Origin: Candidatus Atelocyanobacterium thalassae
GTDB taxonomy: Bacteria; Cyanobacteriota; Cyanobacteriia; Cyanobacteriales; Microcystaceae
Direction: 5' to 3'
Assembly: GCA_051971635.1 (NCBI GenBank)
Contig: JBFPLN010000006.1
Coordinates: 64,001 to 128,000 of the forward strand
DNA: 64,000 nucleotides
Shown piece after piece: positions 44,159-55,179 of this stretch. The number at the start of each line of letters is the position of its first letter. The stretch's first letter is position 1. The position numbers and the translations under genes were made by a program. The notes beneath the pieces are model-generated. The model was not told the origin of the DNA. It saw only the letters and a program-made list of their open reading frames with translations, and did not search any database.

Positions 44159-45763
44159 ATGTTTACCAATAATATTCCCTGGCTAACTGCTCTTATTCTC
44201 TTACCTCTAGTTGCTGCCTTCGCTATTCCTATAATCCCAGATAAAGATGGGAAAACCCTTCGCTCATATTCGCTAGGTGTAAGCTTATTAAACTTTGGTT
44301 TAACTATCATTGCTATATCCAGTGAATATGAATTCGGTAATAGTAATCTTCAACTCTTAGAAAGCTATAATTGGATTCCTAATATTGGACTTGGTTGGTC
44401 TCTGGGCATTGATGGTTTATCAATGCCTTTAATTGTTCTATCAGGACTTATATCAACTGTCGCATTACTAGCATCCTGGAATGTACAAAAAAAACCAAAG
44501 CTTTTTTACTTCTTAATGCTAGTGCTATATAGTGCTCAAATTGGTGTTTTTGCGGCACAAGATGTTCTGCTATTTTTCTTTATGTGGGAGCTAGAACTTG
44601 TTCCTGTATATTTATTAATCTCTATATGGGGTGGTAAACAAAGATTATATGCAGCTACAAAATTTATCTTGTATACTGCTCTTGCTTCTATTGGAATTTT
44701 AGTTTCTGCCCTTCTTCTTGCTTTCTATGGTGATAATATCACCTTCAACATGGCAGAGTTAAGTCTGAAAGAAATACCTGTTTCTTTGCAAGTTGTAATA
44801 TACGTAGGCTTTTTAATAGCTTATGCAGTTAAATTACCAATTTTTCCTTTCCATACCTGGTTACCAGATGCTCATAGTCAAGCTTCTACACCAGTATCAA
44901 TGATATTGGCTGGTGTTCTTTTAAAAATGGGGGGATATGGGATTATTCGCTTCAACATGGAAATGTTACCTAGTGCTCATATTATCTTTGCTCCTTTATT
45001 GTTGATTTTGGGAGTTGTGAACGTAGTTTATGGTGCATTTGCAGCATTTGGCCAAACTAACCTTAAACGTCGTCTTGCTTATTCTTCTCTATCACATATG
45101 GGTTTTGTCCTTATTGGTATATCTTCATTTACTGAAGTGGGTATGAATGGGGCAGTATTCCAAATGGTTTCACATGGTTTAATCGCTGCAGCTTTATTTT
45201 TCTTATGTGGTACTACTTACGAACGTACTCACACCTTGATGATGGACGAAATGGGTGGACTGGCTTTAAAAATGCCTAAGACCTTTGCTCTATTTACGAC
45301 TTCAGCTATGGCTTCTTTAGCTTTACCTGGTATGAGTGGATTCGTAGCAGAACTTACTATTTTCTTAGGAGTTACTGAAAGTGATGCTTATACCGCAACA
45401 TTTAAAGCTGTAGCTATATTCCTAACAGCAGTAGGCCTAATCTTGACCCCTATTTACTTATTGTCTATGCTCAGAGTGGTTTTTTATGGACAAAATAATG
45501 AAAAACTAGAATTAGGTAAGTTTAATTTAGATGCTAAGCCACGCGAAATATTTATATCAGCTTGTCTAATCCTACCCATTATTATCATGGGTTTATATCC
45601 TAAGCTAGCTACAGAAACTTTTGATGCGAAAATTGTAGAAGTTAATTCTAAAGTCCGTTCTGTTCTGCCAATGGCTGTACAAGAAGCCAAGTTATATTAT
45701 CATCAAGATAATGTGGCTAAACAATTACTTCCCGCAGTATTCATTAGCACTAAGATTAACTAA
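44159..45763 (+). CDS. ndhD: NDH-1 subunit 4 (NdhD), stand-alone and probably NdhD2-like
   Basis: PWLT..., [30 protein letters not shown] and [17 protein letters not shown]; no ndhF upstream. Confidence 0.9.
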   Translation: MFTNNIPWLTALILLPLVAAFAIPIIPDKDGKTLRSYSLGVSLLNFGLTIIAISSEYEFGNSNLQLLESYNWIPNIGLGWSLGIDGLSMPLIVLSGLISTVALLASWNVQKKPKLFYFLMLVLYSAQIGVFAAQDVLLFFFMWELELVPVYLLISIWGGKQRLYAATKFILYTALASIGILVSALLLAFYGDNITFNMAELSLKEIPVSLQVVIYVGFLIAYAVKLPIFPFHTWLPDAHSQASTPVSMILAGVLLKMGGYGIIRFNMEMLPSAHIIFAPLLLILGVVNVVYGAFAAFGQTNLKRRLAYSSLSHMGFVLIGISSFTEVGMNGAVFQMVSHGLIAAALFFLCGTTYERTHTLMMDEMGGLALKMPKTFALFTTSAMASLALPGMSGFVAELTIFLGVTESDAYTATFKAVAIFLTAVGLILTPIYLLSMLRVVFYGQNNEKLELGKFNLDAKPREIFISACLILPIIIMGLYPKLATETFDAKIVEVNSKVRSVLPMAVQEAKLYYHQDNVAKQLLPAVFISTKIN

Positions 45764-45772
45764 TTACGTAAC

Positions 45773-45849
45773 AATCTATTTTCTATAATTTAAGGGGGTG
45801 AAACTATTACTACAGTAGTTTCACCCCCTTAAATTATAGAAAATAGATT
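45773..45849. repeat. 34-bp perfect inverted repeat, 3' stem-loop of ndhD
   Basis: AATCTATTTTCTATAATTTAAGGGGGTGAAACTA, 9-nt loop, exact reverse complement. Confidence 0.9.
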
Positions 45850-46049
45850 ATAAAAGACTTTCATTAGTCAAGAGTTAAAAATAAAAATATATTTTAAGAC
45901 TTAAAATTTAAGAAAAAATAATTAAGGTTACTTAACAAAAATTATATATCTCTCGATATATAATTTAACTTGAGATTCTCTTGTAAAATTAGAGTTGTTT
46001 TTTTACTTGATAAGCTTTTCCCTATGAATACAACTAAAATACGTTCCTA

Positions 46050-46526
46050 ATGACTAAAATAATCTCAATAAAACACGATGATATAGTTAATTTAGATGTT
46101 AGTGTTATCACTGATATCATTGAGCCAAAATTAAAAGAAGAGAAGATCATATCACTTGAACAGGCTTTAACGTTTAATATTGAATATCCCCAGCCTTCTA
46201 ATGATCCTAGGGAATTGTCAGAAATTTCTGAAATTCGTTTATGGTTTATTCGTATAGATGGTATCTATCCATGGATACCTTTCTTGCTAGACCCCAAAAA
46301 AGGAGAATTAGCAAGATATACAGCGATGCTGGTTCCTCATCAATTCAATAGAATAAATGGTATTCAATATAATTCTGAAGCACTAGAAATATTTGTGATG
46401 CATAAACTATTTATCATATCTGATTGGCTTAAAAAACAAAAAATTTACTCTACTTTTCGTTTAAAGAATATGGCTCAATTACTAGGATATGATATTGACG
46501 ATAATTTTATAAAAAAGATTAATTGA
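46050..46526 (+). CDS. CRR6-family NdhI maturation factor (DUF1817)
   Basis: DPRELSEISEIRLWFIRIDGIYPWIP...GELARYTAMLVPHQF...EALEIF. Confidence 0.85.
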   Translation: MTKIISIKHDDIVNLDVSVITDIIEPKLKEEKIISLEQALTFNIEYPQPSNDPRELSEISEIRLWFIRIDGIYPWIPFLLDPKKGELARYTAMLVPHQFNRINGIQYNSEALEIFVMHKLFIISDWLKKQKIYSTFRLKNMAQLLGYDIDDNFIKKIN

Positions 46527-46538
46527 TAGAAAAGAACA

Positions 46539-47009
46539 CTACATGATGTCTCCATACGATATTTCCTGTAGATGTTCTTTCACCGTTTTTTTAGTTACTG
46601 GATGTTTCCAATTAGAAGCTATGGTACAGAGAGGTAGTAAAACAAATTTACGTTTTGTCATTTCAGGGTGTGGTATTTGTAAAGAAGAAGTTTTGATAAC
46701 AAAATGTTTACATAATAAAATATCTAAGTCTAAAGTTCTTGCACCCCATTTTTTATTTCGAATTCTTCCAAACTTTTTTTCAATATTCCACAAAACTTCT
46801 AATAATCTTTCAGGATTAATTGGTGAATTTAAAATTACACAACAATTATGATAGCTAGGTTGTTTCGGTCCTATTGGAAACGTTTGATAAAGAGGAGAGT
46901 GTAAAGTTAAATCTATATTGGGATATCTAGACAAAAATATTATTACTTTATCCAATATAGCGCATGAATTTCCCAGATTACTTCCTAAGGCAACTGCGTA
47001 TTGAAACAT
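46539..47009 (-). CDS. folK: 6-hydroxymethyl-7,8-dihydropterin pyrophosphokinase (HPPK)
   Basis: ALGSNLG, WGARTLDLDIL and PHPEM..R.FVL.PL. Confidence 0.93.
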   Translation of the reverse strand: MFQYAVALGSNLGNSCAILDKVIIFLSRYPNIDLTLHSPLYQTFPIGPKQPSYHNCCVILNSPINPERLLEVLWNIEKKFGRIRNKKWGARTLDLDILLCKHFVIKTSSLQIPHPEMTKRKFVLLPLCTIASNWKHPVTKKTVKEHLQEISYGDIM

Positions 47010-47130
47010 ATATAATTATGTAAATTATTATAGGACTACTTTAGATTATTAAAATACTTGTCTAATCTTCTGACTTATATAGTTTATTACCCTTGATACC
47101 CTTTATGGCTTTAAAAGTTTATTGAAATTA

Positions 47131-49788
47131 TTAAAGTTCAATCTTCTTTTTTGGACTTTTAATTTTTTCTAAAATGTCCTCTAGTAGGGTGTAGAGAACT
47201 GGTACCACAATAAGGCTCAATGCAGAAGAAGTAAACAATCCTCCCAAAATAGCTACAGCCATTGGCTGCCTTAATTCAGCTCCAGCACCTAATCCAATTG
47301 CAATTGGTAACATTCCTAAAATACTTGACGCGGTAGTCATTATTATTGGACGTAATCTAACTTCTCCCGTTTTCAAAATAGCATCATGACGATTCATGCC
47401 TTGTTCTCTAAGTTGATTGGTATAGTCCATCAAGAGGATCGCATTTTTATCTAAGAGTCCTAATAGAAATATTAGCCCGATTAATGAAATCATTCCAAAA
47501 TCATTTTGGGTAATCAATAGAGAAAACATTGCTCCAACTATTGATAAAGGTAAAGATAAAAATACCACAAAAGATTCTAAGAAACGTCCAAAAGTCAAGT
47601 ACAGGATGACCATCATACATGCAATAGCAAAAAATAAAGTAATAGCAAATTCTTTAAAGATACTAAGTACTTGAGCAGATGCTCCTTGAACTTCGAAATT
47701 AACATCTTCAGGTAAAAGTTTTGTCGTTATCTCTCTTACTTGTTTAGTAGTATCTCCTAATCCTACACCTTCAAATAAATTGGCACTTAAATATACAACT
47801 CTAGTTTTTTGAAAGTGTTCAATTAGAGAATTATGACCATTAATTGATGATAGTTTAATATCTGCTAAACCTGGTACGTTGTCTAGACTCCTTTTTAAAT
47901 CTTGGGCTGTTTTCTCAAGACTTGTCAAATTATCACTTAATAATGCTATTTTTAAAGGACTATCATCACCAGTTTCAATAAATAAAATATCTTCTACACT
48001 TATACTTCCTCCTCTTAAAGTTGGAAATTTCTTTCTAAGTTCATTTTGGACTTGACTAGTACTTAAGAATCTATCCTCTTTAAGCCTAACGTATATCTTT
48101 CCCTTAAGAGGATTACCCTGATAGCCAGCAATACTGTAAACTGACAAAACGTTAGGATTTTCTAAAATAATGCCTTCTAATTTACTAGCAATACGATAAT
48201 TCTTCCGTAGTAAAAAACGTTCAGGAGACTGAGAAAAATCTTGAAACAAAGAAACATCTCCGTTATCTGAGGTGTTACTATGGGCTATTTGTAAACGTTT
48301 AGGAATTTTAGGAGATGGTAGATTGTAAATTACATTAAATTCTCCTCGATCTAGTTTTGGGATAAAGCCTTGAGGAATGAACGGAATTAATGCAATTCCA
48401 ATTAAAAAACTGATAAGAGCAACACCAATAACTATCTTTCTGTTACATAAAGACCAGTTTAAGAGTCGACGATATTTTTGAGCAAGGAAAAATGGCTTTT
48501 TATTATTATCTAACGATTTTTTTGTTGGTTTAATCCAATATATTGCCAGAACAGGCGATAAAGTACGAGCTACTAGTAAAGAAATTAAAACAGCTGCGGA
48601 GATAGTAATACCAAAAGGCTTAAAAAATTGTCCTAGACTCCCTCCAATAAACGCAATGGGAAGAAAAACAGCAGCTAAAGTTAATGTCGAAGATATAACT
48701 GTTAGTCCAATTTCATCAGTACCTTTTATTGCTGCTTCACGTGGACTCATGCCGTTATCAATATGGCGAGTTATATTTTCTACATCTACAATTGCATCAT
48801 CAACGATAATACCTATAACAAGAGCTAATCCTAATAAAGTAATTGTTTCTAAATTAAATTTAGCCATAGCTATAATAATAAAAGTTCCCATTAATGACAT
48901 AGGAATAGCCAAGGCAGTAATTAAAGTTGCTGGAATATTACGTAAACAAAAAAATATAACTAAAACCGCTAATATAATAGCTCCCATCAATGCTTCTAAT
49001 GTTGCTTGACTAGCTTCTTCAATATAGTTAGCTTGATTTTCAGCAATGGTTAATCGAATATTAGGTAAAGTTTCACTTAAATTAGTCACTTCTGTGTGAA
49101 CAGCTGCAGCAACATCTAAAATATTACTATCAGCAGTCTTAATTACCTGAACTGCTAGGATATCTTCTTGGTTAAATCTAGTTAAAGTTGATGGTTCTGA
49201 ATTCAGTTCATTGGCTGTCCTGTCTTGAATAAAACCATCTCCTAATAGCGAAACTCTTTTAACTCCTGATAAAGATTTAAGAGAGGGAATAATGTTTTCT
49301 TTGGCTATAGATATTAAATTTTCAACCTGTATAGTTTCACTAGATATTGCGTAAGTAACTGCTACAGATTCATTTAAATTAATGGCTTTAATTTCTTCTA
49401 ACACTGCATCAGAAGATAGACTTGCCTGTCCCAATGATTTTTTAACAGCAGAAGCTGATTGCTCTAAAGTTGTTCCTGCAGGAAAACTAATATTAATTAC
49501 AGTTTTACCAGGATAAGTAGAAGACATCAGTTCTATATCAGGAATTGAACTTAAAACATTTTCTAAAGGATTAGTAAGCTGCTCCTCAGTTTCTAAAGTA
49601 GTTTCTAGAGGTACATTGCCACTAACAATAATTACAGGAAAAGAAATTTCAGGAAATAAGGCGTATTTTAGAGAACTAAAGGCGAATATACCTGACACAG
49701 CGATAGTAATAGCTACAAACAAGGTGACTTTTGTATATTTAATTGCTATACGGGAAATATTTAGGTATTCTCGCCAAGATTTTTTCAT
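47131..49788 (-). CDS. RND efflux permease (AcrB family), short 885-aa form
   Basis: GIIVDDAIVDVEN, KNAILL, RLRPIIMTT and PMAVAILGGL; two TM repeats. Confidence 0.9.
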   Translation of the reverse strand: MKKSWREYLNISRIAIKYTKVTLFVAITIAVSGIFAFSSLKYALFPEISFPVIIVSGNVPLETTLETEEQLTNPLENVLSSIPDIELMSSTYPGKTVINISFPAGTTLEQSASAVKKSLGQASLSSDAVLEEIKAINLNESVAVTYAISSETIQVENLISIAKENIIPSLKSLSGVKRVSLLGDGFIQDRTANELNSEPSTLTRFNQEDILAVQVIKTADSNILDVAAAVHTEVTNLSETLPNIRLTIAENQANYIEEASQATLEALMGAIILAVLVIFFCLRNIPATLITALAIPMSLMGTFIIIAMAKFNLETITLLGLALVIGIIVDDAIVDVENITRHIDNGMSPREAAIKGTDEIGLTVISSTLTLAAVFLPIAFIGGSLGQFFKPFGITISAAVLISLLVARTLSPVLAIYWIKPTKKSLDNNKKPFFLAQKYRRLLNWSLCNRKIVIGVALISFLIGIALIPFIPQGFIPKLDRGEFNVIYNLPSPKIPKRLQIAHSNTSDNGDVSLFQDFSQSPERFLLRKNYRIASKLEGIILENPNVLSVYSIAGYQGNPLKGKIYVRLKEDRFLSTSQVQNELRKKFPTLRGGSISVEDILFIETGDDSPLKIALLSDNLTSLEKTAQDLKRSLDNVPGLADIKLSSINGHNSLIEHFQKTRVVYLSANLFEGVGLGDTTKQVREITTKLLPEDVNFEVQGASAQVLSIFKEFAITLFFAIACMMVILYLTFGRFLESFVVFLSLPLSIVGAMFSLLITQNDFGMISLIGLIFLLGLLDKNAILLMDYTNQLREQGMNRHDAILKTGEVRLRPIIMTTASSILGMLPIAIGLGAGAELRQPMAVAILGGLFTSSALSLIVVPVLYTLLEDILEKIKSPKKKIEL

Positions 49789-49947
49789 AAAAATTCGTAC
49801 CTTTTTACACCATTTACATAATTAATACGTAGTTAAATAATCATTTAAAAACAAGACTTTAACAAAGTATTGAAACTTTCACTTCTACTAACAATACCTT
49901 TATAGTATCTTTTGACAGTACTAGTATCTTTTGTGTTACCTAAAATT

Positions 49948-50286
49948 TCAACTTCCAAAAAGAATGTTATCAAAAACAGCTTCGAAACAAGTTTCTCCAA
50001 ATTTAGTTAGAGTTTGCCTAGCTTTACCATCTTTAGCACGATATTTATTATAAAGTGCAGAAAACGCTTGACTAGAATATTTTTTCTTTAACGAGCGAAC
50101 AGTACAACTACATCCTTTTCTGGCTTCACTATCATTTAGTCCAGTTTTTTTGGCTTCAGGAACACATGCTTGATTATAAAATTGTGTGAATGGATCAGCA
50201 GCGTTTACATTAGAGGAGACAAGTATTGTACTTAATCCTAGAAAGTAACACACCACATTTGTTAATAATTTCTGATTTATATTCAT
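49948..50286 (-). CDS. Hypothetical exported Cys-containing protein; likely start ATG 50286
   Basis: Signal-peptide-like N-terminus ending VNA|ADP; mature part has a C...CxC...C pattern. Confidence 0.6.
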   Translation of the reverse strand: MNINQKLLTNVVCYFLGLSTILVSSNVNAADPFTQFYNQACVPEAKKTGLNDSEARKGCSCTVRSLKKKYSSQAFSALYNKYRAKDGKARQTLTKFGETCFEAVFDNILFGS

Positions 50287-50494
50287 GTTATGTATAAAGG
50301 CATCACAAAACGATAGATTAATACGTTGCATCTTTGCTTTGCAGTCTATTGTGTAATGTTATGATAATAACAATAACATTATACTAGCTATTTCTACTGT
50401 ACAACTTGTCTTGACAAAGAAAATGTAGTTTAAGGTTCTTAAGAAAAATTTGAGATTTATATATTATTAATTTCTGTTTTTATTCAATAATTTT

Positions 50495-50503
50495 TGCTAT
50501 AGT
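50495..50503 (+). promoter_or_regulatory. Putative extended -10 promoter of tRNA-Cys (TGC-TATAGT)
   Basis: TGn-TAnnnT ending 13 nt upstream of the tRNA 5' end. Confidence 0.5.
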
Positions 50504-50516
50504 ATAAATATTGTTC

Positions 50517-50587
50517 GGCGGCATCGCCAAGTGGTAAGGCAGAGGTCTGCAAAATCTTTATCCCCAGTTCGAATCTGGGTGCCGCCT
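50517..50587 (+). tRNA. tRNA-Cys (anticodon GCA); CCA not encoded
   Basis: Acceptor stem GGCGGCA/TGCCGCC with U discriminator; D arm GCC-AAGTGGTAA-GGC; anticodon loop CT-GCA-AA; T arm CCCAG-TTCGAAT-CTGGG. Confidence 0.97.
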
Positions 50588-50608
50588 TGTATTATTAGTC
50601 TATGGATT

Positions 50609-50637
50609 TTTCACTCAATTTACTGTGATGAGTGAAA
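50609..50637. terminator. Hairpin between tRNA-Cys and convergent cysH
   Basis: 9-bp arms TTTCACTCA / TGAGTGAAA. Confidence 0.5.
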
Positions 50638-50760
50638 CTTTGTAAATTAAATAAGTTATGTATAATTGACAGTTGTTTATCAATAAAGTTATTACTTTAT
50701 TGCATGTTTTGAAAATATGAATTTAGTATCTAATTTTTTAGATGATGTAACCCTTAACTT

Positions 50761-51591
50761 TTAGAGATTACTAGAATCTAAACTTTCGGCCACCTCTGGG
50801 GAAAGAGGCAAGTGTAAACCGCATTCTTGTTTTAATCCGTGAAAACGAGTATCTCGTTCGTTGTTATCATTAGCTTGCATTGGACGACTTGAATGCCAAT
50901 CTCCTACACTGACATATCCTTTATCAAAATAAGGATGGTAGGGAAGGTCATTGGCAGTTAAGTAATTATAAACATCACGAGAATCCCAATTTAAGATAGG
51001 GTATATTTTATACTGTTGCTCTTGTAAAACAATCTTTTCTAGAGATTTTCGATGTTCTGTTTGCTGACGACGCAAACCAGCTAACCAAGCTGTAGAATTA
51101 AGTTCTTTTAGAGCTCTTTGCATTGGCTCAACTTTACGCATAAGATCATAGCGATTTAGAGAATCAATATCTTGGTGTTCCCATAACTTACCATGAAGAG
51201 CTTCCATTCTTGCTGGGGTAAGAAAAGATTGGTAAACTTTTAGGTTTAAATTAAGACGTTCAGTCAATTCTTGAGCGAATCGATAGGTTTCTGCTGGTAG
51301 ATAACCAGTATCTACCCAAATAACTGAAATATTCGGAACTACTCTGGTAGCTAAATGTAACATTACTGCAGCTTGAATACCGAAGCTTGTGCTGATAACT
51401 AATCCGTCACCAAAAGTTTCTGCTGCCCACTCTATAATTTTTTGAGCACTAGCATTCTTTAGCTTATGTTTTACTTCTTCTAAAGATAAATCAGGTCTAA
51501 CAATTTCTTGAACATCTTTATTACGAAAATGTTTAGAAACTTGTTGATTATCTAGATAAGTATTTACAGAACGAAAATCTGATTTGGACAT
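50761..51591 (-). CDS. cysH: Phosphoadenosine phosphosulfate (PAPS) reductase
   Basis: [30 protein letters not shown] and ECGLH; no CC...CxxC Fe-S motif of APS reductases. Confidence 0.93.
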   Translation of the reverse strand: MSKSDFRSVNTYLDNQQVSKHFRNKDVQEIVRPDLSLEEVKHKLKNASAQKIIEWAAETFGDGLVISTSFGIQAAVMLHLATRVVPNISVIWVDTGYLPAETYRFAQELTERLNLNLKVYQSFLTPARMEALHGKLWEHQDIDSLNRYDLMRKVEPMQRALKELNSTAWLAGLRRQQTEHRKSLEKIVLQEQQYKIYPILNWDSRDVYNYLTANDLPYHPYFDKGYVSVGDWHSSRPMQANDNNERDTRFHGLKQECGLHLPLSPEVAESLDSSNL

Positions 51592-52324
51592 ATGATAATT
51601 TTTTTATACATTCAATAATTATGTTTTAGGAAAAGTAACTACAGTATAATACAGAGCTAGGAAGCAACAGTTGGAACTCTTCAATTATATCTTGATTGAT
51701 TTAGAGTAGATATCTTAATTACAATAATAAAGCAGAATTTAATAATTTATGCCGAAAAAAGTTACTAACATAACTTTATACAAATATTTATTGACTGCAT
51801 AAAATGAAAATAATTATCAAGTATATTCTAAATAATTACTAGAAAATGGAAATATTGTATAAATATTAAAAGCCAAGATTTAAATAAAAAGTCAACAGTA
51901 GACATATGAGGAACAAAAACTAGTAGAAATAGCTGATGTTATTCAAATCATTTCAAAAGTAATAACTATTTTGCTATCATTTTACAAATGACGAAAAAGT
52001 TACTTTAAAATTAATTTTGATAATTACAAAATATCTTGTTCATACTTTACTCTTCATGTAATGAAATTAATTCCTATGTTAAAGTTTTGTACTTCATAAA
52101 GCTTTTCGCGTGACAAAAATTTTCCCCTAATCTATATATCATTTTTTACTAAAAATATAAATATTTGAACAATCAAAATTATAAAATAACTTTGAGACTT
52201 GATAATTCATAATTGTTCAAGGGAAACATTATGAAGTACTTATAAAAACAAAAATTTTAAATATAATTATTTAGAATTTTAAAAAAATTTAGTTTAAGAA
52301 TTAAACTGGTCATTTTCTTTATTT

Positions 52325-53056
52325 CTATAATTCTTCTCCAGGTTCTAAAATACGTTGAAAGAGATATCCAGTGCCTCTTGCTGTTAGTATCAATTCAGGA
52401 TTGCTTGGATCATCTTCTAATTTCGCTCTCAAGCGAGAAATATGAACATCTACTACTCTAGTATCTACATGTCGTTCTGGTGTATATCCCCACACTTCTT
52501 GTAGAATTTCTGAGCGGGAAAAAGGTTCGCCAGAACGACTTACTAATAACTCTAATAAACTAAACTCCATTCCTGTTAAACGTATACGCTCATCACCTTT
52601 ATAAACCTGGCGTTTATTAGTATCAATTTTAATAGAGGCAATAGAAATTACTCCAGAATTAGGAATACCTGGAGTATTACCTTTCTCTACTCGTCTTAAT
52701 ACAGAACGAATCCTCGCTTCTAATTCTTTTGGTGAGAAAGGCTTAACTACATAATCATCTGCCCCTAGTTCTAGTCCTGTGATACGATCAGCAACATCTC
52801 CTAAAGCTGTTAACATTATGATAGGTATATCTGATTCTTTACGTAATTCCTGACATACTCCATAGCCATCTAATTTTGGCATCATTACGTCTAAAACTAC
52901 TAAGTCAGGTACTGTATTATAAAAAATCTCTAAGGCTTCTTCTCCATCAGCAGCTGTTACAACATCATAGCCAATCATAGAGAGACGAGTTTCTAAAATA
53001 CGACGTATGCTTGCTTCGTCATCAACTACTAGAATTTTCTCTTTGTATGTTTCCAA
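52325..53056 (-). CDS. rpaB: OmpR-family response regulator RpaB (Ycf27), TTG start
   Basis: KEKILVVDDEASIRRILETRLSMIGY...YTPERHVDTRVVDVHISRLRAKLEDDPSNPELILTARGTGY; divergent from radA. Confidence 0.95.
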   Translation of the reverse strand: METYKEKILVVDDEASIRRILETRLSMIGYDVVTAADGEEALEIFYNTVPDLVVLDVMMPKLDGYGVCQELRKESDIPIIMLTALGDVADRITGLELGADDYVVKPFSPKELEARIRSVLRRVEKGNTPGIPNSGVISIASIKIDTNKRQVYKGDERIRLTGMEFSLLELLVSRSGEPFSRSEILQEVWGYTPERHVDTRVVDVHISRLRAKLEDDPSNPELILTARGTGYLFQRILEPGEEL

Positions 53057-53302
53057 TTTTACTCACACTCCCTAATTATTAAGTAAAGTTTCCAGCTTTT
53101 ATTAAATTAAATAGCTAACTATTAGTTTCAATAAGATTCAGAATATCTTGTTTTTGCTATCCTTACGCTTAAGTTATTGACTTAGAATATAAGTATAATA
53201 TAAGCCTAAAAGTAAATATTCTTCCAACACTTTTTATTGTTTTCTCTTTTTTTAAGCTACATTCAATTTTTTATTTTTTTTCATAATTCTATAAATTAAA
53301 TT

Positions 53303-54733
53303 ATGGTTAAGAAACGAACAGTGTATATATGCAATGTCTGTGGGACAGAATCTGTTCAATGGTTTGGCAAGTGCGAATCTTGTCAGACTTACGGAACCTT
53401 AGAGGAACGAATTGTTGTAGTATCAAGTTCCTCTGAAAATACTTTGAGAAGAGAGAAAACATCTTATTCTAGTAAAGAAAATTGTTCCCGAACTATGCCA
53501 AAACCAAAAATTTCAAATTGTTTTGATGAAATTATGGAAACCGGGAAGATGCAATTTCAATCCGGATATGAAGAATTGGATAGAGTCTTGGGTGGTGGGG
53601 TTGTTCCAGGTTCTTTAGTTCTAATTGGTGGTGACCCTGGTATTGGAAAATCAACTTTGTTATTACAAGTGGCTAATAAACTGGCTCAAAAATTACCTCG
53701 GATTTTATATATTTCTGCAGAAGAATCAGCGCAACAGATTAAGCTACGTGCTTCTCGCTTAATGATCTTAGATACTGAAGAAGCAGATAATAAAAATCTT
53801 TTCATCTTATCAGAAACAAATCTGGAAGAGATCCTTGAAGAGCTAGAATCTCTACAGCCACAAGTAGCTATTATTGATAGTATTCAAACTTTATATCTCG
53901 CAACATTAAGTTCAGCCCCTGGCTCTGTTTCTCAAGTTAAGGAGTGTACATCAGTCTTAATGAGATTAGCAAAGAGAGACAACATTACTTTGTTAATTGT
54001 CGGACATGTAACAAAAGAAGGAACTATAGCTGGTCCTCGGGTTTTAGAGCATTTAGTGGATACAGTATTATATTTTGAGGGAGATAGATATGCTTCCCAT
54101 CGCCTATTAAGATCAGTCAAAAATCGTTTTGGTGCTACTCATGAAATTGGTATTTTTGAAATGGTTGAGAATGGACTAGTAGAAGTCAAGAATCCATCGG
54201 AATTATTTATGGGTAATCAAAATGATATTGTACCTGGAACAGCTATTGTTGTTACTTGTGAAGGCACTCGACCTTTAGTTGTGGAACTACAAGCTCTAAT
54301 TAGTCCAACTAGTTATCCTTCTCCTCGCCGTTCCACAACAGGAATAGAGTATAGCCGCTTACAGCAAATCTTAGCTGTATTAGAGAAAAGAGTAGGAATC
54401 CCTTTATCTAAGTTGGATGTATATGTCTCGTCGACAGGAGGTTTGGGCGTTGAAGAACCCGCAGCAGATCTAGGTATAGCAATTGCGATTGTTGCTAGCG
54501 TTAAGGATAGAATAATTATTCCAAGTACTATACTAATCGGCGAAATAGGTTTGAGCGGGCAAATCCGTTCGGTACCACAAATCGAATTAAGGTTAAAAGA
54601 AGCTGTTAAATTAGGATTTACAAGAGCGATTGTTCCAAATAATAAAAATTATAATTTTAATACTAATTTAGAGATTATTTCCGTAGGAAAATTGACTGAT
54701 GCTATTAGTGCTGCTTTTTTATCTCAGGAATAA
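53303..54733 (+). CDS. radA: DNA repair protein RadA/Sms
   Basis: C4 zinc finger, GGDPGIGKSTLLLQ, KNRFG and Lon-like C-terminal domain. Confidence 0.96.
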   Translation: MVKKRTVYICNVCGTESVQWFGKCESCQTYGTLEERIVVVSSSSENTLRREKTSYSSKENCSRTMPKPKISNCFDEIMETGKMQFQSGYEELDRVLGGGVVPGSLVLIGGDPGIGKSTLLLQVANKLAQKLPRILYISAEESAQQIKLRASRLMILDTEEADNKNLFILSETNLEEILEELESLQPQVAIIDSIQTLYLATLSSAPGSVSQVKECTSVLMRLAKRDNITLLIVGHVTKEGTIAGPRVLEHLVDTVLYFEGDRYASHRLLRSVKNRFGATHEIGIFEMVENGLVEVKNPSELFMGNQNDIVPGTAIVVTCEGTRPLVVELQALISPTSYPSPRRSTTGIEYSRLQQILAVLEKRVGIPLSKLDVYVSSTGGLGVEEPAADLGIAIAIVASVKDRIIIPSTILIGEIGLSGQIRSVPQIELRLKEAVKLGFTRAIVPNNKNYNFNTNLEIISVGKLTDAISAAFLSQE

Positions 54734-55179
54734 AATGCAAAAAATATTGAATTTTTTAAGTAACCCAAATATTCTATAAATATCAAAAATTATATTTTGT
54801 AGTCTAGTTAAAAAACACTAAACAATAGCTTATTTACTGTTGTAATTAAAAATAATTACATTAAATAATTGATATAAAACAGTATAAGAAAAAATTATAG
54901 TTGTAATTTTTAAGAGATGATAATTACTAATAAAGTTTTTAAAACAATTAAAATCTTTCTTTTTACTGTTAGCATAAAAGACGGTCCTATAATTTTTCGA
55001 AGTTAAATCAAAACTACAAGTAACTCTATACAATTCAATTTTATTCACATAATAATATTTAAAAATAAATTGTTATTTTAATAGTAAGAGATACTATATA
55101 ATTTCCAACTCTCTTTTAAAAGATTGGGTAAACTAAAGGCAATAGAATAAACTTAAAACGGTTATCTAACATATATCTT

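Noticed and set aside
49903..49933. 12-bp direct repeat TAGTATCTTTTG x2 as a CRISPR or att remnant
   Set aside because: Only two short copies 7 nt apart; no cas or integrase genes
50517..51591. Functional link or integration site at tRNA-Cys next to cysH
   Set aside because: Genes are convergent; no duplicated tRNA 3' end or integrase, so adjacency is probably incidental
54830..55048. 72-aa intergenic ORF; also 5375-5578, 44005-44310 and 63292-63483
   Set aside because: F/I/K/N/Y-rich translations expected from AT-rich non-coding DNA; no RBS or family signal
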